Positions 25,993-39,391 of a DNA stretch of 64,000 nt are shown in pieces (position 1 is the stretch's first letter; each line of letters opens with the position of its first letter). The notes beneath the pieces were generated by a model that was not told the origin of the DNA, did no database searches, and saw only the letters and a list, made by a program, of their open reading frames with translations. Position numbers and translations under genes: made by a program. Source of the stretch: Ascidiella aspersa (taxonomy: Eukaryota); contig OZ004612.1 in the NCBI GenBank assembly GCA_963924565.1, positions 28,396,001 through 28,460,000 on the forward strand, in the 5' to 3' direction.

Positions 25993-28900
25993 TCGTTGTT
26001 GACGATTTGACGCTCGGTGCTCTTTAGCGCCGTGTCGTGGTACAAGCGGTTGTCCACCATTCCGTAATTCGGCGGCGGTCCGCATTCCGCGTAAGCTTCC
26101 TCTTCTCTGCGTTCCGCAATGTTTCGCCGCTGCCGCATTGCTTCATCGTCCACCACCGAGTATATGTCGTCCCTGTTCATTTCCAAACCGTCTTTGTCCG
26201 TATCCTCCTTGTGCTTTCTTTTTTGTCTGGTATTAAAGTATTTTAAGTGAGCTTTTTAGGGTTGACCTACAATAGCTTACTAGGGGTTTTCAACTTTTAA
26301 TTTCCTAATGGCGCAACAGATTTGTGTGGCATCTGGAGTCATAACCAAAGCCATAAATTTAAGTTTAACTGGCGATAAATAAAACATGATATGCTTGTTC
26401 CAGCATTTGCGTATTTTTTTCGGGCTACACGTAATGGTCTGTGAACTTCTTTATCTAAAATGTGTTAAATATCGTCCGGGTTTAAGCGTTGCGTTAAGAT
26501 TGTAGGCTACGAATCCTACAAATGCTACGCGAATAAAATAAGTTTGGGCATCACTGAGTTAAATACTATTATCATGTGCCACAGAAAGCAATAATAAATC
26601 GGGTTTCCACCCTAGTATATTACAAAAAAATCGCTGTTAAAGTTTTAGAATATCCCGGTTGTTCATATTATCTCACCTTCTCCATAGTAGACACATAACA
26701 GTAATTGCTAGTGCAATAAGAATAACTAGCACAACCACCAGTGCTATGATCAAGTCTGTGTTGTTACTTGTCTGCGGTGGAACTGTCGTTGTTACTGGAG
26801 CTGTTGGAAAAGGGTTTTAACATTTTAGCTTCTAATAATTATACTTAGTCGTTGTACATGTAAAATGTGTTTAATTTCCAAACTGTCCGATAATATTGGT
26901 TCAAAGCTAGACCGAAATTACTTTAACAAAGACATTAGTCCGATCCCAATGAGGAATTAGGTGAAGTAACAGGCTGGTAATTATTTGAAGAAATCCAACG
27001 AGGTATTTTGATCGTTGGAACTTACACAATATTAGTTCTACAATGTTTTTAAATGCCATTTAGTTAAGTTAAAATACCTCGCTTTTACCTGCAGTTGTGG
27101 TTTTCCTTGGTTTGGTTGGCTTCCTTGGTTCAGGAGACAGAAATGTTTTGGAGCTGGTTGGAGGTGGTTTTATGCTGGGTAGTTGTTTAGCGGTTGTCCT
27201 TATTGTTGTGACTGGTTTCGTTGTTGGCTTAGCTTTTTAGTAAAGCATGAATATTAAAAATAGTGGTCGATGAAATGTAAATTTTTAGCGTTATCGTGTA
27301 TTTTGACACAAGTTGTCAGAAAACTACGGTATATACTATACGTTATAAAAAGACCGCTCTTTCTTTACGTACGTTATAAAAAGACCGCTCTTTTCTTTTA
27401 CGTGAAATATATATTGTATCTATTATAGCGAATTCTAAGGTTATTTCAATTGGTTAAATTTTTGATATGAACATACGAAGTTAAAAAGTTTTTTTTAATC
27501 CCACAACCTTTTTAGGACGCTTTGAGCAATATAGATAAAAAACATACGTACGATGATTAATAGTAGTGCTGTTGATAGAGGCTATACCTTATAAACCAGT
27601 TAAACAAAGGTCATCCTATCTTAAAATACCCAATAAAACACACTGCTTACTTGGTTGGCAATTGACAACGTAGTAATCTAGCTCAAATCCTCGGAATTCG
27701 TTCTTTCCATCCGACGCAAAGGTTATGGTTGGATGACTGAGCTGTTGTAGAATGGTGTCGTGAACTGATATAGCATCGCATCTCTGTTGCAAAGGGCTGC
27801 ATATCGGTGTAGAGGTGCCGTGATAGGCGTAACACTGAAAGGGAACCTGTTTGCCGCATACGCGATAACCTGCGCGGAAGAAGCCAATTGCTATGTTAGT
27901 TACTGAGTGGACGCTAACCTTATTTTTATGTTATAAAACGCCTTTACAACAAGTTAGAATATTAGTCTATCAATATTAGACTTGAATCCTACGAGTTAAA
28001 AGCCACTGTTTGATTAACTGAAACCCCAATAAGTTGGAATGTTAGTCTGCCAGTTTTTAAATTAATCCTACAACTTAAGTTAACTATCTGATGAACTGAG
28101 CAATCCATACGACACATTGGTATTTTTGTATTTTTTTAAGTCGACTTTACCCATAATGTTGACCTGATGGAAAGTTCTGTGTTTTGATTTAATCATTAAG
28201 TCGCACTCTACTGCAAAGTAAAATGGTACTTATATAATTTTATGCAGAGTAGAGTTTAATCACTTGTGTCAGACCCTATTAAAATGCTGAAGAACCGACC
28301 ACGAGAAATCCTTTTTTCTGACCTTTTTTGAACATATAGTAATAAATTCCAAGTAATACCTCGGGTATTCAGATTAATCAACGCTAAAATGTCCTCGGAA
28401 CTACTTTCGTTAGGGTTATTAAAAACATTTATAGGTAATTAATAGTACGAATATAAACATATATTATGCCTGTAAAACAACACGGCTTAAAAATACCGAT
28501 GGCGTATAACTCTTTATCTAAAAAAGAGTGTCACTCTGAACAAATTGTATTTAAATGTATTCGGCATCAACAACCTACCGTCTGGCATTTGCAAATAGTC
28601 TTTACAGCTTTCCTCAATGTCCAACTTCCTAAACCTAACCACGAGGCCATGGTGAGGAGGTATGTCGAACCGCCAGACGCAACGCTGGTCCTTCTTGTAT
28701 TTTCCGGGTGGGCTTGGGTAGCTTATTGTGCCACTGCTGTCGGTTATGATTAGGTTCTTTGCGTCGCATTGCATCGTTCGTGCTTTTGGAGGGCCTCGTT
28801 TTGGTGCGTAAGCCGACTTTGCGAAAATCACTGCACAAATAGAGTATTTATTGTGGAGCATAATAATTGAAGTTTGTAGTTAGACGTGGAAAGAATATTA

Positions 28901-29324
28901 AAGTCTATACAGAAGTAGGTAGCATTTTACTGGCTAACGATTCTAGGTGGCATGTCGTAATTTTACCGCAGTAAAACGATCAGGCAAAAAGAGAGTAAGG
29001 CTTGAAATCACACCATTCAATATTATTTTGCTCTATAAAAGCCTATAACTTTTCAATGGTATTTTTAACTTATATGTTTAATTTACTGGACTGATTTTAT
29101 GTGGTACTTTTTAAATTGGTAACAAATTGCTTGTAATCCTTGTTACCTTTTTAATTTTTCACGTTTATAACAATATTGTGTTAATTTTGATACCTATACT
29201 TGTGTATAGGGGCTTTGATATTCTTACTACGTTTTACTACAACCTACAGCATTATGCTCCATAATTTAAATCTGTTAGAGATTTTACCTGCTACCAGCAT
29301 CACGGTCTTGTAAAAAGTCGTCAT
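25944..29324 (-). CDS. Receptor gene G: CUB domain, Pro/Thr stalk, TM, Tyr tail
   Basis: Exons 29288-29324 (signal; an upstream in-frame ATG lies at 29354), 28579-28830 (SGTISYPSPPGKYKKDQRCVWRF...CKDYL), 27651-27869 (VCG...TFASDGKNEFRGFELDY), 27089-27232, 26677-26800 (TM), 25944-26226 (IYSVV, YAECGPPPNYGMVDNRLY, IVNNELY). Confidence 0.9.
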
Positions 29325-30544
29325 CGTTATTACGAAATGGCATTTAATTAGCATGGTAAAGACCCGAATATCGACGAAAAATGTAACTCTACTCTAAATT
29401 TGATTACACGTTTCCCTACAGCACTAAAACAGTTGCTTTTTTACTACTAATAGTCTGCTCCAGTACAGCTTGCACACTTATCCCCAAGAACTCCTTGCAA
29501 GCTACGATATTTCCTTTCGGGTCATACAACTTTAATCGGCTTAAGGAAACCTTTATGAAGCTTATGTCATTTCCTGCTGCGTGCTCTGCAAAACATCTAT
29601 ATATAACCTGGCGCTCAGGTGGCACTCGGAAAACTTTGCTGTGGCGGCATGCATATTGCATTAACCGGGACCTTCTGTTTATTACACATTTGGCAAAAAA
29701 AAAATTATTACACATTTGGCAAAAAAAAACTACATGTTTGCCTTAATTACTTGGTATGTGTTTGATTACTGATTGTAGTTTGAAACGGTGCGCTTCGTCA
29801 TTAAACTTTATGTTTCGACGAAAATTTCGTATACAAGATATGTCCCGAAAATAAATTTTCGGCTCATATAATTAGTTACAAATTAGTTACAATACACACG
29901 AAATTTAAATGGTGCGTTACTGTTGATTCCACACCGTAGCTTCGGAAACATAATAAACGCTTTTGGAATCTCTGATCACTAACACCAGTACTAGTCTAGA
30001 CTTAAACGCATCCTTACAGCTTTGCTCGCTATAACTTTTTAAACGCATCCAGTCTGTCAGCTACCTCACGTTTGTGAGATCTACCGTCTATACTTCCTAC
30101 AAAAACGTCTATCGTGTATGAACACATCGCCTAAACTAAAGCTCAAACCTGCACCGGTGATGGCCTACAAAGTGATGCGCTTCAGTACAATTTAATGTCA
30201 TTTATTTTTTCCTTATTGTAACTGTATGAACAGTGGTTTTGTCAAACATTACGTACGTTTGGTAACAAATGCAGTCTTGAGTCGTAAGCTCCACAGGTTA
30301 AAATGACTAAATCTAAATGCAAGTGACTATAGGGAAGTAACACACAAACTTGATTAAAATGGTTCCTAAATAATATTGCACTAAAAAACACGCCAAATCA
30401 AATTATAGCTCTCGTTTTCCTAAAAGCTCTCGCGATTTCGCAGAACGAGTTGTAAAGTTTGTTTTAATTTATTAACATACAAACAGAAAAACACTCACAG
30501 TGACTGGCAAAAACAAATATACGTAACAGCGCAGCGCAACACGA

Positions 30545-33500
30545 CTACCGCATGTTATATAAAACATTTTCCGTCATTTTCGGCTCAGTTCTATAGCCAG
30601 GTGCTAGTTCACCAGCAGTTGGGCCGTAATAATCGCCTTGATTTTGTTGTGTGGTTGTACGGTCGTTACTGATGGTCGTCTGCCGGCCTGTTGCGCTTTC
30701 GTAAAAGCAATTGGAAACCGCCTCTCCTTCGCCTTGTTGGAATATTGGAGTCGCGTTTTCCATCCTGCCAAAAACAGTCATTTCGATTCAGATTTTAGCG
30801 GAGACGGATCTCAGTGGAGCTGTATTTTTTGAGTGTTTTAACAACGTAACTACAATATTTTCCCGACTGCTTTTCCAGTATGTATACCCTACTGTGATCA
30901 ATTCGCATTGTGACGTCATTTCTAAAATATCTAATGCTTTCCCTAACACAAATTCTAGATCCGCGCTAAAAGGTAGTTATAGTACGCCAGTGACACTAGA
31001 CTCCACTGAATTTATCCAGAACATGAAAAAAAAATTAGTTTCTTTATACTAAAAGCTTTCTATAAATAATATAAATTTGACAGTTATCAGTATGGATTAA
31101 CACACATGATGCCACCTAAAAGGCATCCCAAAAGCAGTCAGCCTAATGAGGATTTTAAACGTATGGCATGCCCTTACATAAACAAAAACCCTGATTAGGC
31201 TGATTTCAGTAAGCCCTTCCGAAGGCATCATGTGCACTACATATTGTTGGAATATTATCTATTGATAAAGGGTGTGCCTTTATCGTAGGTCAGTTCGAAT
31301 CCAGGAGGGTTTTGTCACAGAATAAACATGTGTAAATGTACGTTTCGGTTGGAATATCACCTATTGATAAAATGTGCGCAGTTACCGTTGGCCAATACGA
31401 CTACAGAAAGACTTTATCACACAATACACGTTATGCATATGAACGTTTCTCTCTAGATCAGGGGTGGGCAACTTTTCTAGTCGCGGGCCAAAACCAATCT
31501 AAAAAAGGTTTGCGTGGGTCATTGTATGTTAGCTGTGTATACTTTACGCATCTTATTATCACCACAACGACAGTTAATCATGGATAAAACTAGGGTGTTT
31601 TGCAATACATCCGATAGAGAAACAAGATTAACGCAAAGCGCAAAAAAAATTACTTTTACGTAGTTGAAATAGCCAAAAAATATTAGTAATGGTCTTGTGC
31701 CCAGTTTGTAGGTCGCGGGCCGGATTATATGTGTTGACCGGCCGGATCTGGCCCGCGGGCCGTAAGTTGCCTACCCCTGCTCTAAATTAAAGTTAAATTC
31801 CTTTTTGGTTTAACACCTCAAGTTTTCAGTTTTCTGTAACTTAAATTAGAAGGCCAATTACCCGCTAGCGATGTCCGTCCTGTCTCCAACCACCTCGTAT
31901 GCGTACGTGTATTGGGATCCCACTACCATCTCGTTTGGACACTCGTAGACGTTGCTTTCCTCTTGGTAATCCTCTCTGTCGTCATTACGACCGGTATCTT
32001 GGGTTGGTCGATGCGCGGATTTCCTGTTGCAAAATAAATTTCCGATTTGAGTGAAAAGAGTAAACGTGATGTTTAATAAAAATGCCGGCTCGAATTAAAG
32101 CGAATAAAATTATTCGTTCGAATCGAAGCGGAATTATATCATTAATGGAGATACCTGTTTACTTTAAATATCCCATAAAATTACTTACTTGGTCAATCAC
32201 AGGCAGCATTAAATTATTTAAAATATTTGAATAACGTTCACCTTCATATAGATACAGAAAGTTAACCATATTCAACGTTTTTTTTTAACAAATTGTTAAT
32301 CACCGATAGAACGTGTGCCTGGTTAGAAGCTTAAATATTGTTTTATTTTAAGATTCCTGTTAGAAAAGTCGAGTTTAGAACTTCGTGATTAAACGGGCAT
32401 ATGATATTGCTTTACTTTCGACTATACCAAGTTGGGTAGGGCTGTTTTATATTTCGTAATCGTATTGCGTAAGTTAGGAAAAACAAGCAATTCACATTTC
32501 TTACGTAAAAGTGTTAATACAACAAACTCGCCATATTCAAGCCTCACTAACTTACCTCGTCCTGCCAAAGCACAGCACCACCAATACAACCAGTAGTATA
32601 ACAACTGCTCCAACCACACCCCCAATTATTCCCAGCAGTGTGCTACGTTTTCCATTTCCACGTTCTTCTCTCCCACCTGTTAAATCAAATTGGTTATAGT
32701 TACCTGTTATATGCCGCACCAACAGACAGTTCCTGTAATCTTTTTCACTCACTTAACAGACAGTTCCTGTACAAAATAAAGCCTATCGTCTATGTTAAAA
32801 AATACAAAATATTGTTTTGATCTGATATCCACGAAATTGTTTGCCTTATGTTTTCAAAACAATCGGATTAAAAACTAGAACTTATATATAACTGACTTTA
32901 ATTAATAATTCAAAAAAATATTTGCTAAGTCTTTGTTGTGGGGGATATTTTTTCTTTACACATTCAGTTCGCCATGAAAAAATATAACTGAGACAAGTTT
33001 ACAACAATTGACGAGTTTTGATTCATATTCAGATACCTTTCAGTGCTTATATATTTCGATTTAAACCTCTAGCTAATACGGCGAATTTAGCAGGAAAGAC
33101 TGAATTGTTTAACAGCTTTAAACTACGTATGTTGCCGGACATAATATTGGGTTGTTTTTCAATGGTGATGAAAGCGGTAATATTACACGTCAATTTGGCA
33201 AATGCTCAATACTTTACCTGTAGTGTGGACTTCTGTACTTTGGTTTGTATCGTTTTCTGTAGTGTTTTCTGTCCTTATGAATCTTTTTGTAGAATCAGGT
33301 ATGAGAATTCCTGGTGGGCTTGTTGTAGTATCTATGCAATAATATAATTTATCTCACTTTTTGCTGCAAAAAGACAAAAAAAACATGTTTGTAATGTTTG
33401 CCCCAATCTTTAAATTACTAAAACAGCGTTTGATTCATCCTATCGCACGATTTATTGGTCCTAAAAATTAATTTGTTTATTTTATTTTGTTATTTAGAAT

Positions 33501-35192
33501 ATACTCCAACAACTAAAATTGCAAAGTTATAATTCAATCCATTCAATATATGTTTTCGTAAAAGCAAGGCCAGGCTAGCAAACCATTAGGATTACGACCT
33601 CCGGTCGAACCGGGACTGTCGTTCCACCAACTGAGCTACACAGGCTTAAAGGGGAGCTTGTCGAGAAATCACGTCCTGGGAAAACCGTACTGTCTGAGCT
33701 ACTCGAGAAACGACCACCGTTTTACGATTTAATTTGCGCACTAATCTTTGTTAGTTACCTGCGCATTTTTGAACCACGTAGTGGGCCGTCATATAGTGTC
33801 TTTTGTTGTTTGTCCTCAGGGTAATATTAAACCTGGCACCAAAGGCAGAGTTGGCTCGTATGCATTCGCGCAAATACTCGGGCATTTGACATCCTGGTGC
33901 TCCAATCGCGATGCAATTCCACGATGAATTAATTAACCTTAAACCTAAAAACATGCAGTTGTTAGAGTCAACGTCCGTATCATTTCTTTATAAATTGCGA
34001 TTTAGTGCGTTTTACTGGTATTTTTTAATATCACTGAAATTCCTGGGCATTTACTTAAGTATATTAGACCTACAATAAAATGTTCTATTTTAAGATATAT
34101 ATAAATCAGGTTTTACTAGACTTTTCAATATATTAAAAATAGTGTGTATTCCAAAAAGGCTAGATAAATTCCGCATTAAGGCTATTTTATTTCCCATCTA
34201 GTCAGATAAAAACTGAGTTGTGTTTTCGCAAAAGCAATGACATTGCTGCATTTTTCGCTTTTTTCTGTATACAGCTTTAAACACGTTTAATCTAAACTAG
34301 AGGTCACCAAAGTTTTTTAAAGAGCTGAGTTATTGTAATTATTCAAATCGCGGATCGGATTTAAAATTTTGTTTCGAACTTAATTGACTTGATTAATTCA
34401 ACTAAAAATTGATACTATTGCTTACAAGTTATATGGAAAGTTACTACGAAAATATGCAGCATACCGAATAGAATGAACTGCCGGGTCTTATTTGACCTGC
34501 GGGCCGTAGTTTGGTGGCCCTTGTTCGTAGCTATCAAAGTTATATATCTAAAAGTTTTAAGTTCACTTACCACCGGGCAGTGTTAACGTCGCCTTTTTAA
34601 GCTTTCCGCGTCTCGCAATCTCAATAAACGACATAACAAGGAACTCTTGGCTTTGCAGATTAAACTGCCACACGCAGTCTTGCCGCCTGCAGTTCATCTT
34701 GGACGAATTAATCTCTCCAGTTGTATTCCTGACCAATTCGATTGCTGTTGACGAGTCTATTACTGTAATAAAATTAGAACAATGGTTTTAACATGAGAAA
34801 TTTAGAAAACAATATAGGCTTCTTAGACTGTTTCAAAGAGAGACGCCAAGTATTATATAATAGATAAACTTATCTTAAAATTTAGACAGCTATTATTAAA
34901 TTGGGGGCACAAGTTTTAGATGTCACAATTAGGCTATATCTACCTCTGCTCATTTTTTCATCAAAGTAAATTGTATTGTTTCTGACTTTGGATATTAAAA
35001 TTTCAAAACTATAATGCAAAATACAATCCGAAACTACATATTGGCTAAACAAATGCCCAAAGCGGGCAGCTATAATTGTTCTGTTTATCACTATCAAAGT
35101 GGAAGGTTGTCGGAAAGTTTTACTAAATTAAAACAAATGTAATATTTACCGCTTTTGAAGACCAAAGCAACAAGGCATCTTAAAATCTTCAT
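30545..35192 (-). CDS. Receptor gene H: degenerate CUB domain, stalk, TM, two-exon Tyr-rich tail
   Basis: Exons 35150-35192 (signal), 34571-34762 (TGEINSSKMNCRRQDCVWQF), 33759-33944, 33218-33331, 32556-32676 (TM LLGIIGGVVGAVVILLVVLVVLCF), 31862-32023, 30545-30764 (VSNCFY, MTENVLYNMR). Confidence 0.85.
31103..31233. repeat. Short palindromic (foldback/MITE-like) element
   Basis: Termini cacatgatgcc...ggcatcatgtg, plus internal tcagcctaat...attaggctga inverted repeats. Confidence 0.55.
31459..31779. mobile_element. hAT (Charlie-type) MITE
   Basis: TIRs caggggtgggcaac / gttgcctacccctg, subterminal gcgggcc motifs, and 8-bp TSD ctctagat (31451-31458) / ctctaaat (31780-31787). Confidence 0.85.
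33565..33648 (-). mobile_element. tRNA-derived SINE fragment
   Basis: Reverse complement gcctgtgtagctcagttggtggaacg...ggaggtcgt has the A-box TAGCTCAGTTGG and belongs to the same family as 49704 and 17663. Confidence 0.6.
34298..34523. mobile_element. Degenerate hAT-type MITE
   Basis: Imperfect TIR tagaggtcaccaaa / tttggtggcccttg; the gcgggccgtagttt subterminus matches the element at 31459. Confidence 0.5.
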
Positions 35193-36071
35193 ACCTAAAA
35201 CGTTTATCTTTAAACCTTCTTTGAAATCAGTAAATTCGCAGATTTCTTGAACTCGTTTTGCTACTCGTCCTCTCGGCTTAACGATATATAGTTGTAATAT
35301 TTTTTCGCCTGTTTGTATACGGGTTTTATGGTATTCGCTTTTTACAGTTTTCGGCTGATGACACTTTTAACTGCGTCACTGCTCAACACTTCCGCCCTCT
35401 ATATTGTCTAAAATAGTGCAAAAAAAATAGTTGTAATAAGCGCACGCGGCACCAGCTCACCACAACACCATGATTTTCCTCGAAATTTGTGTTATTTGAT
35501 GCAAAAGGCCAAAGTGCTGACAGTATCGTATGCTATAAAAGAACACAGCGAAATTATCAATGCAAATTAGTAGAGGGTCGCCGTTTTTATGACGTTTTAA
35601 CTTGATAAAGTGAAAGGCAACTTTTGTTTGGCGTGTGATAACTAATTCAATTTAGTAAAAGTTATTGCCATGATTATATAAACTTTCCAAATATTTAATA
35701 TCTACTAATAATAGTTCATTGTAACAAAAAAGAAACAAAATAAAAAATAAACACAATTGTTATTTAAATAGTTGTATTTTCTCAGGCATGTATAAACTAA
35801 TTTATTTTTTTTAAGTTTTTTTCCGCCATGTTTTAGATGAACTTTTTAAGGCATTGAATAACTAATAGCAAGGTTCATGTTAACGAAAAATAAACGAAAT
35901 AAAGAGATCTAAATTATAATTTCAACTCTACTTGTAACAATAAGTGCGCGACGTCTATTATGACGTTTGCGAACTTAAAAAAATACAGTAGGTAGATTAA
36001 TAAATGTGTGCACATAATATAAAATGCAGTGAACTACGCGCAATTTAAATTGCGAAAACACCAATAAAGCA

Positions 36072-39000
36072 CTACATATTAAACAAAACATTATCCTTCA
36101 TTTCCTTCTCGTCCATATTATAGAGTTCATTGTCAACCATAACCCTTCCATTGCTGTGTGCTGCATCAGAGCTAGTGTAGAGTGGGTTATCAACCAGTTC
36201 CTTTTGAGAGGCATTGTATCCTGGCTGTTTATTGATATCGCCAGATTGATAGATTGAGTTATACACCATCTCGTGTTCGTTGCTCGGCCCGGCCACTGCG
36301 TACGTTCCCCCTACGTCGGTTGCAGTTTCGTACAAGTTTGGTCCTCTGACGTCATTCGGTGTTACGTCATTGGCGTGCGCGCGCGTATCTGCATTGCCGG
36401 CGCTTTTCTTGGAAGAAGTTTTTCTAAAATAGAAGTCGGAAATTTGTTGTTTGGATTTCGTTGCGTTTATTTAAACAACGGAGCCTGTATGTTGCGCATT
36501 TACTAGAAACTGTAGGGAGTAGGGCCTTTTTAGTCGGCTAAACAAGGTTAGATATTTTAGTATAAACAAGATCAGTCATTGCCTCGAAGTAAAGGCGCTA
36601 CAAACTGCGTTAAGTTTCGTAAAAAACATATTGTCTGGTCCTTTTATTCTCATGTTGTTCTTGCTTTTTTCTCATATTTCCAAACTAGTTTTTCTGGCTG
36701 GTAGGTAAATAGTTGTTTCTCTATTTAAGGGCCTTCCAAACTTTATAATGTATGACTTTATTAAATTAACTTTCCGCGCTTCATTATGTTAAAAAGTAAT
36801 AACAGAACATTTTTTAATCGCTCGAATTTGTTTAGGCATGTACTATTGGTATTTAGTTTAGTATTTAGTTGTAACATTACCATATTGAAAGTTAAAAAAA
36901 CTACAATTTTTTAAACATAGCCCTTAGCGAAAGTTAACATGGGCCTACTAGTGACCTTTATAACTCATGACGCTATACCCCAAGTATAGGAAGACCTGGT
37001 GTATTTCTCTATCTTACCTTCTCCAGCATAAGCATATTGCCACGATAAGAGCCACGAGCAACAGAACGACGGCTACTGCTAAACCAGCGATTGTTCCAGC
37101 ACCCATTGATGCCGCTATGGGAATACCTATAATACAAGGAAGTTTAATATGGCTGTGGTAGTAACTCACTGGCTATAAATGAGATCCCACTACAGCTTAT
37201 CAATTTTAATTTTTTTTCGGCCTAATTTGATGATAACAATGTTTTTTGCGTTTTGATGATAGCAATGTTAGTAACCGACAACAGATGATTACAATTCATA
37301 GCCAATAAAGGTTGATAATGTTGTGACATATAGAGGTTTATTATATTGCTAAAAAGCTATAGTGTCTGATTGAATTGAATTTTAGTCGGGCGTTATAATA
37401 AAATGTCGAGAGGTGCTTTGCTAAATTTGGGGTAGAAATGATTTCTGTAGATTTTTTACTTTTCTTACGCCCACGAGCACACCAAACACAAAGCATATCG
37501 CTTTTAGTTAGTTATCAAAATCTTTTACTAAATTTACTGTAATTGTTTGGTAAAAACCGCATGAGGTTTAAAACTTACCAGTTACTTTTTGTGTTGATGC
37601 TGTCATCATTTTAGTTGTTAATTGGTGTGCCACAAAATCGCCTGAAAAGTAATAATCGTTATTTAATAGCATAAAAACCCGTAACATCCAGACAAAATGG
37701 CATTCAACTTTTCAGAGAAGTTTTGTAGTCTCTGATTGGGTAAATTCTGTCATCAAAATATTCATTATGATATGTTTTCTTACTTTGAGGACAATTTTGC
37801 ACGGCTAAATCCGACGAAAAACTGTCGCCTTTTCGCCCAGCTTTGAAAAAAACGCTAACGTTCGGCGACCCATTGCTGTATTCACAGCTAATTGCTGGTT
37901 CCAGGGGACAGGGCTGCGTAGCTTGCTTTCCAATGGCAAAGCAGTCTCGTGGATTAAACGTCGTTATGTTCTTTCCTAAACATAAATATCAGCAGTAAAT
38001 CCATATATATATTAGGTACTACCTCGTTCAAACCTATATAATTTTTCAAGCTTAGTATAGTACTCAAATAACAATTAAAAAGTACTTTTTTACTTTGAAG
38101 ATTGTTGAATCCTTTTTGAATGTCCTGTTTAATTTATGTACTGTTATAAAGCTTACAGGTAATATAAGACAAAACGGTTCAATGCTGAATCTCATGACAT
38201 ATTACATCATTCCAAAATTATAATGTTAAAATGGTTCTAAAAATAAAAGTAAAACTATCATCTTAAACCACATTTGAAACGTTCCAAAAAAAATATTTTT
38301 CCTCTACTAGAGATTATCACATGGTGGAAACTGAAATATCCTTGACTTCCTCGCTTTAACTTTGTAATAGTGAAAACATTAATTAGGCGTTACTCAGATG
38401 ATGCATTACATTTTACTAACCCTTATGATGTTAAATGTCACCGATATTAAAAAAAATATTTCAAAAATTACTATTTAAAACGTTTTAAGTGAGCATATTA
38501 CTTGGTGGCAAACTGAAATATCCTTTGCTGCCTGACTTTAAGTCCATTCGCATTGATGTAAGTTTTACGATTTGGTGATTTTGGATGCGAATGTTCCACG
38601 TGCAACCGTCACTGCAATTCATCCCATCACTCGTTATTTGAAGTTTCTGTGGCACCTGTGTTGTTACACTTGGTTGTGCAGTAGATGAAGACTGTGTTCT
38701 GGCTGTAATTGCTGAAGCTGTTTTTGTTTTTGCTGTAGTTGCTGGTGTTATTGTTCCTGTGGCTAGTTTTGTTGATGTTGTGGCTCTTTTTGTTGTTGTT
38801 GTTGTTGTTGTAGGCGTTTTTTTTTTTTTCTTTTTGCAGCGAAACACTGAAACAATATTATGTTAAGGCGTTGTTTACAACTGAGAACATATCGTTTGAC
38901 GTTTAGAGCAGTTACCACCAAACGTAACATAAAGAGCAACATAACTGTAAAGATGGACGATCTGGGGCCTTATGTAAACCTTTGGTCAAATTTTTTAAAT

Positions 39001-39391
39001 TGGTTGTCGTTAAACAAAGAAGAGCAGAAATAATTCATTAACAAAAACCCAAATAAAAATTCCTTATATTGTCGTTCTGCTTACAATTTCATCTAAACTA
39101 GGTTAGATTTGCATCCATTCACGAAGGCGATATGTCAAGGGCCGGAACAATTAACTCTGTTGGTCGTGGTATGGTCTTAAATTTCGATTTGGTTTCACGG
39201 ACTTATGCGTGGGCTAAATTATTTAAAGCACCGGTATGTAAAGGTTGACATAATATATGTTGACATAATATTTTCATAATAATATTTAGTGAAACACACC
39301 ACGGTTAGTAATATTTATGAAATTATTATGCATATTTTCAAAACTTATAAATAAACTTACCGAAGCAAACAACATCGTTAAACAATCCCAT
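36072..39391 (-). CDS. Receptor gene I: N-terminal Thr-rich segment plus degenerate CUB, short stalk, TM, tail with 3 NxxY motifs
   Basis: Exons 39361-39391 (weak signal peptide), 38502-38846, 37784-37975, 37579-37641, 37018-37126 (TM IAGLAVAVVLLLVALIVAICLCW), 36072-36423 (MVYNSIY, LVDNPLY, MVDNELY, MKDNVLF). Confidence 0.8.
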
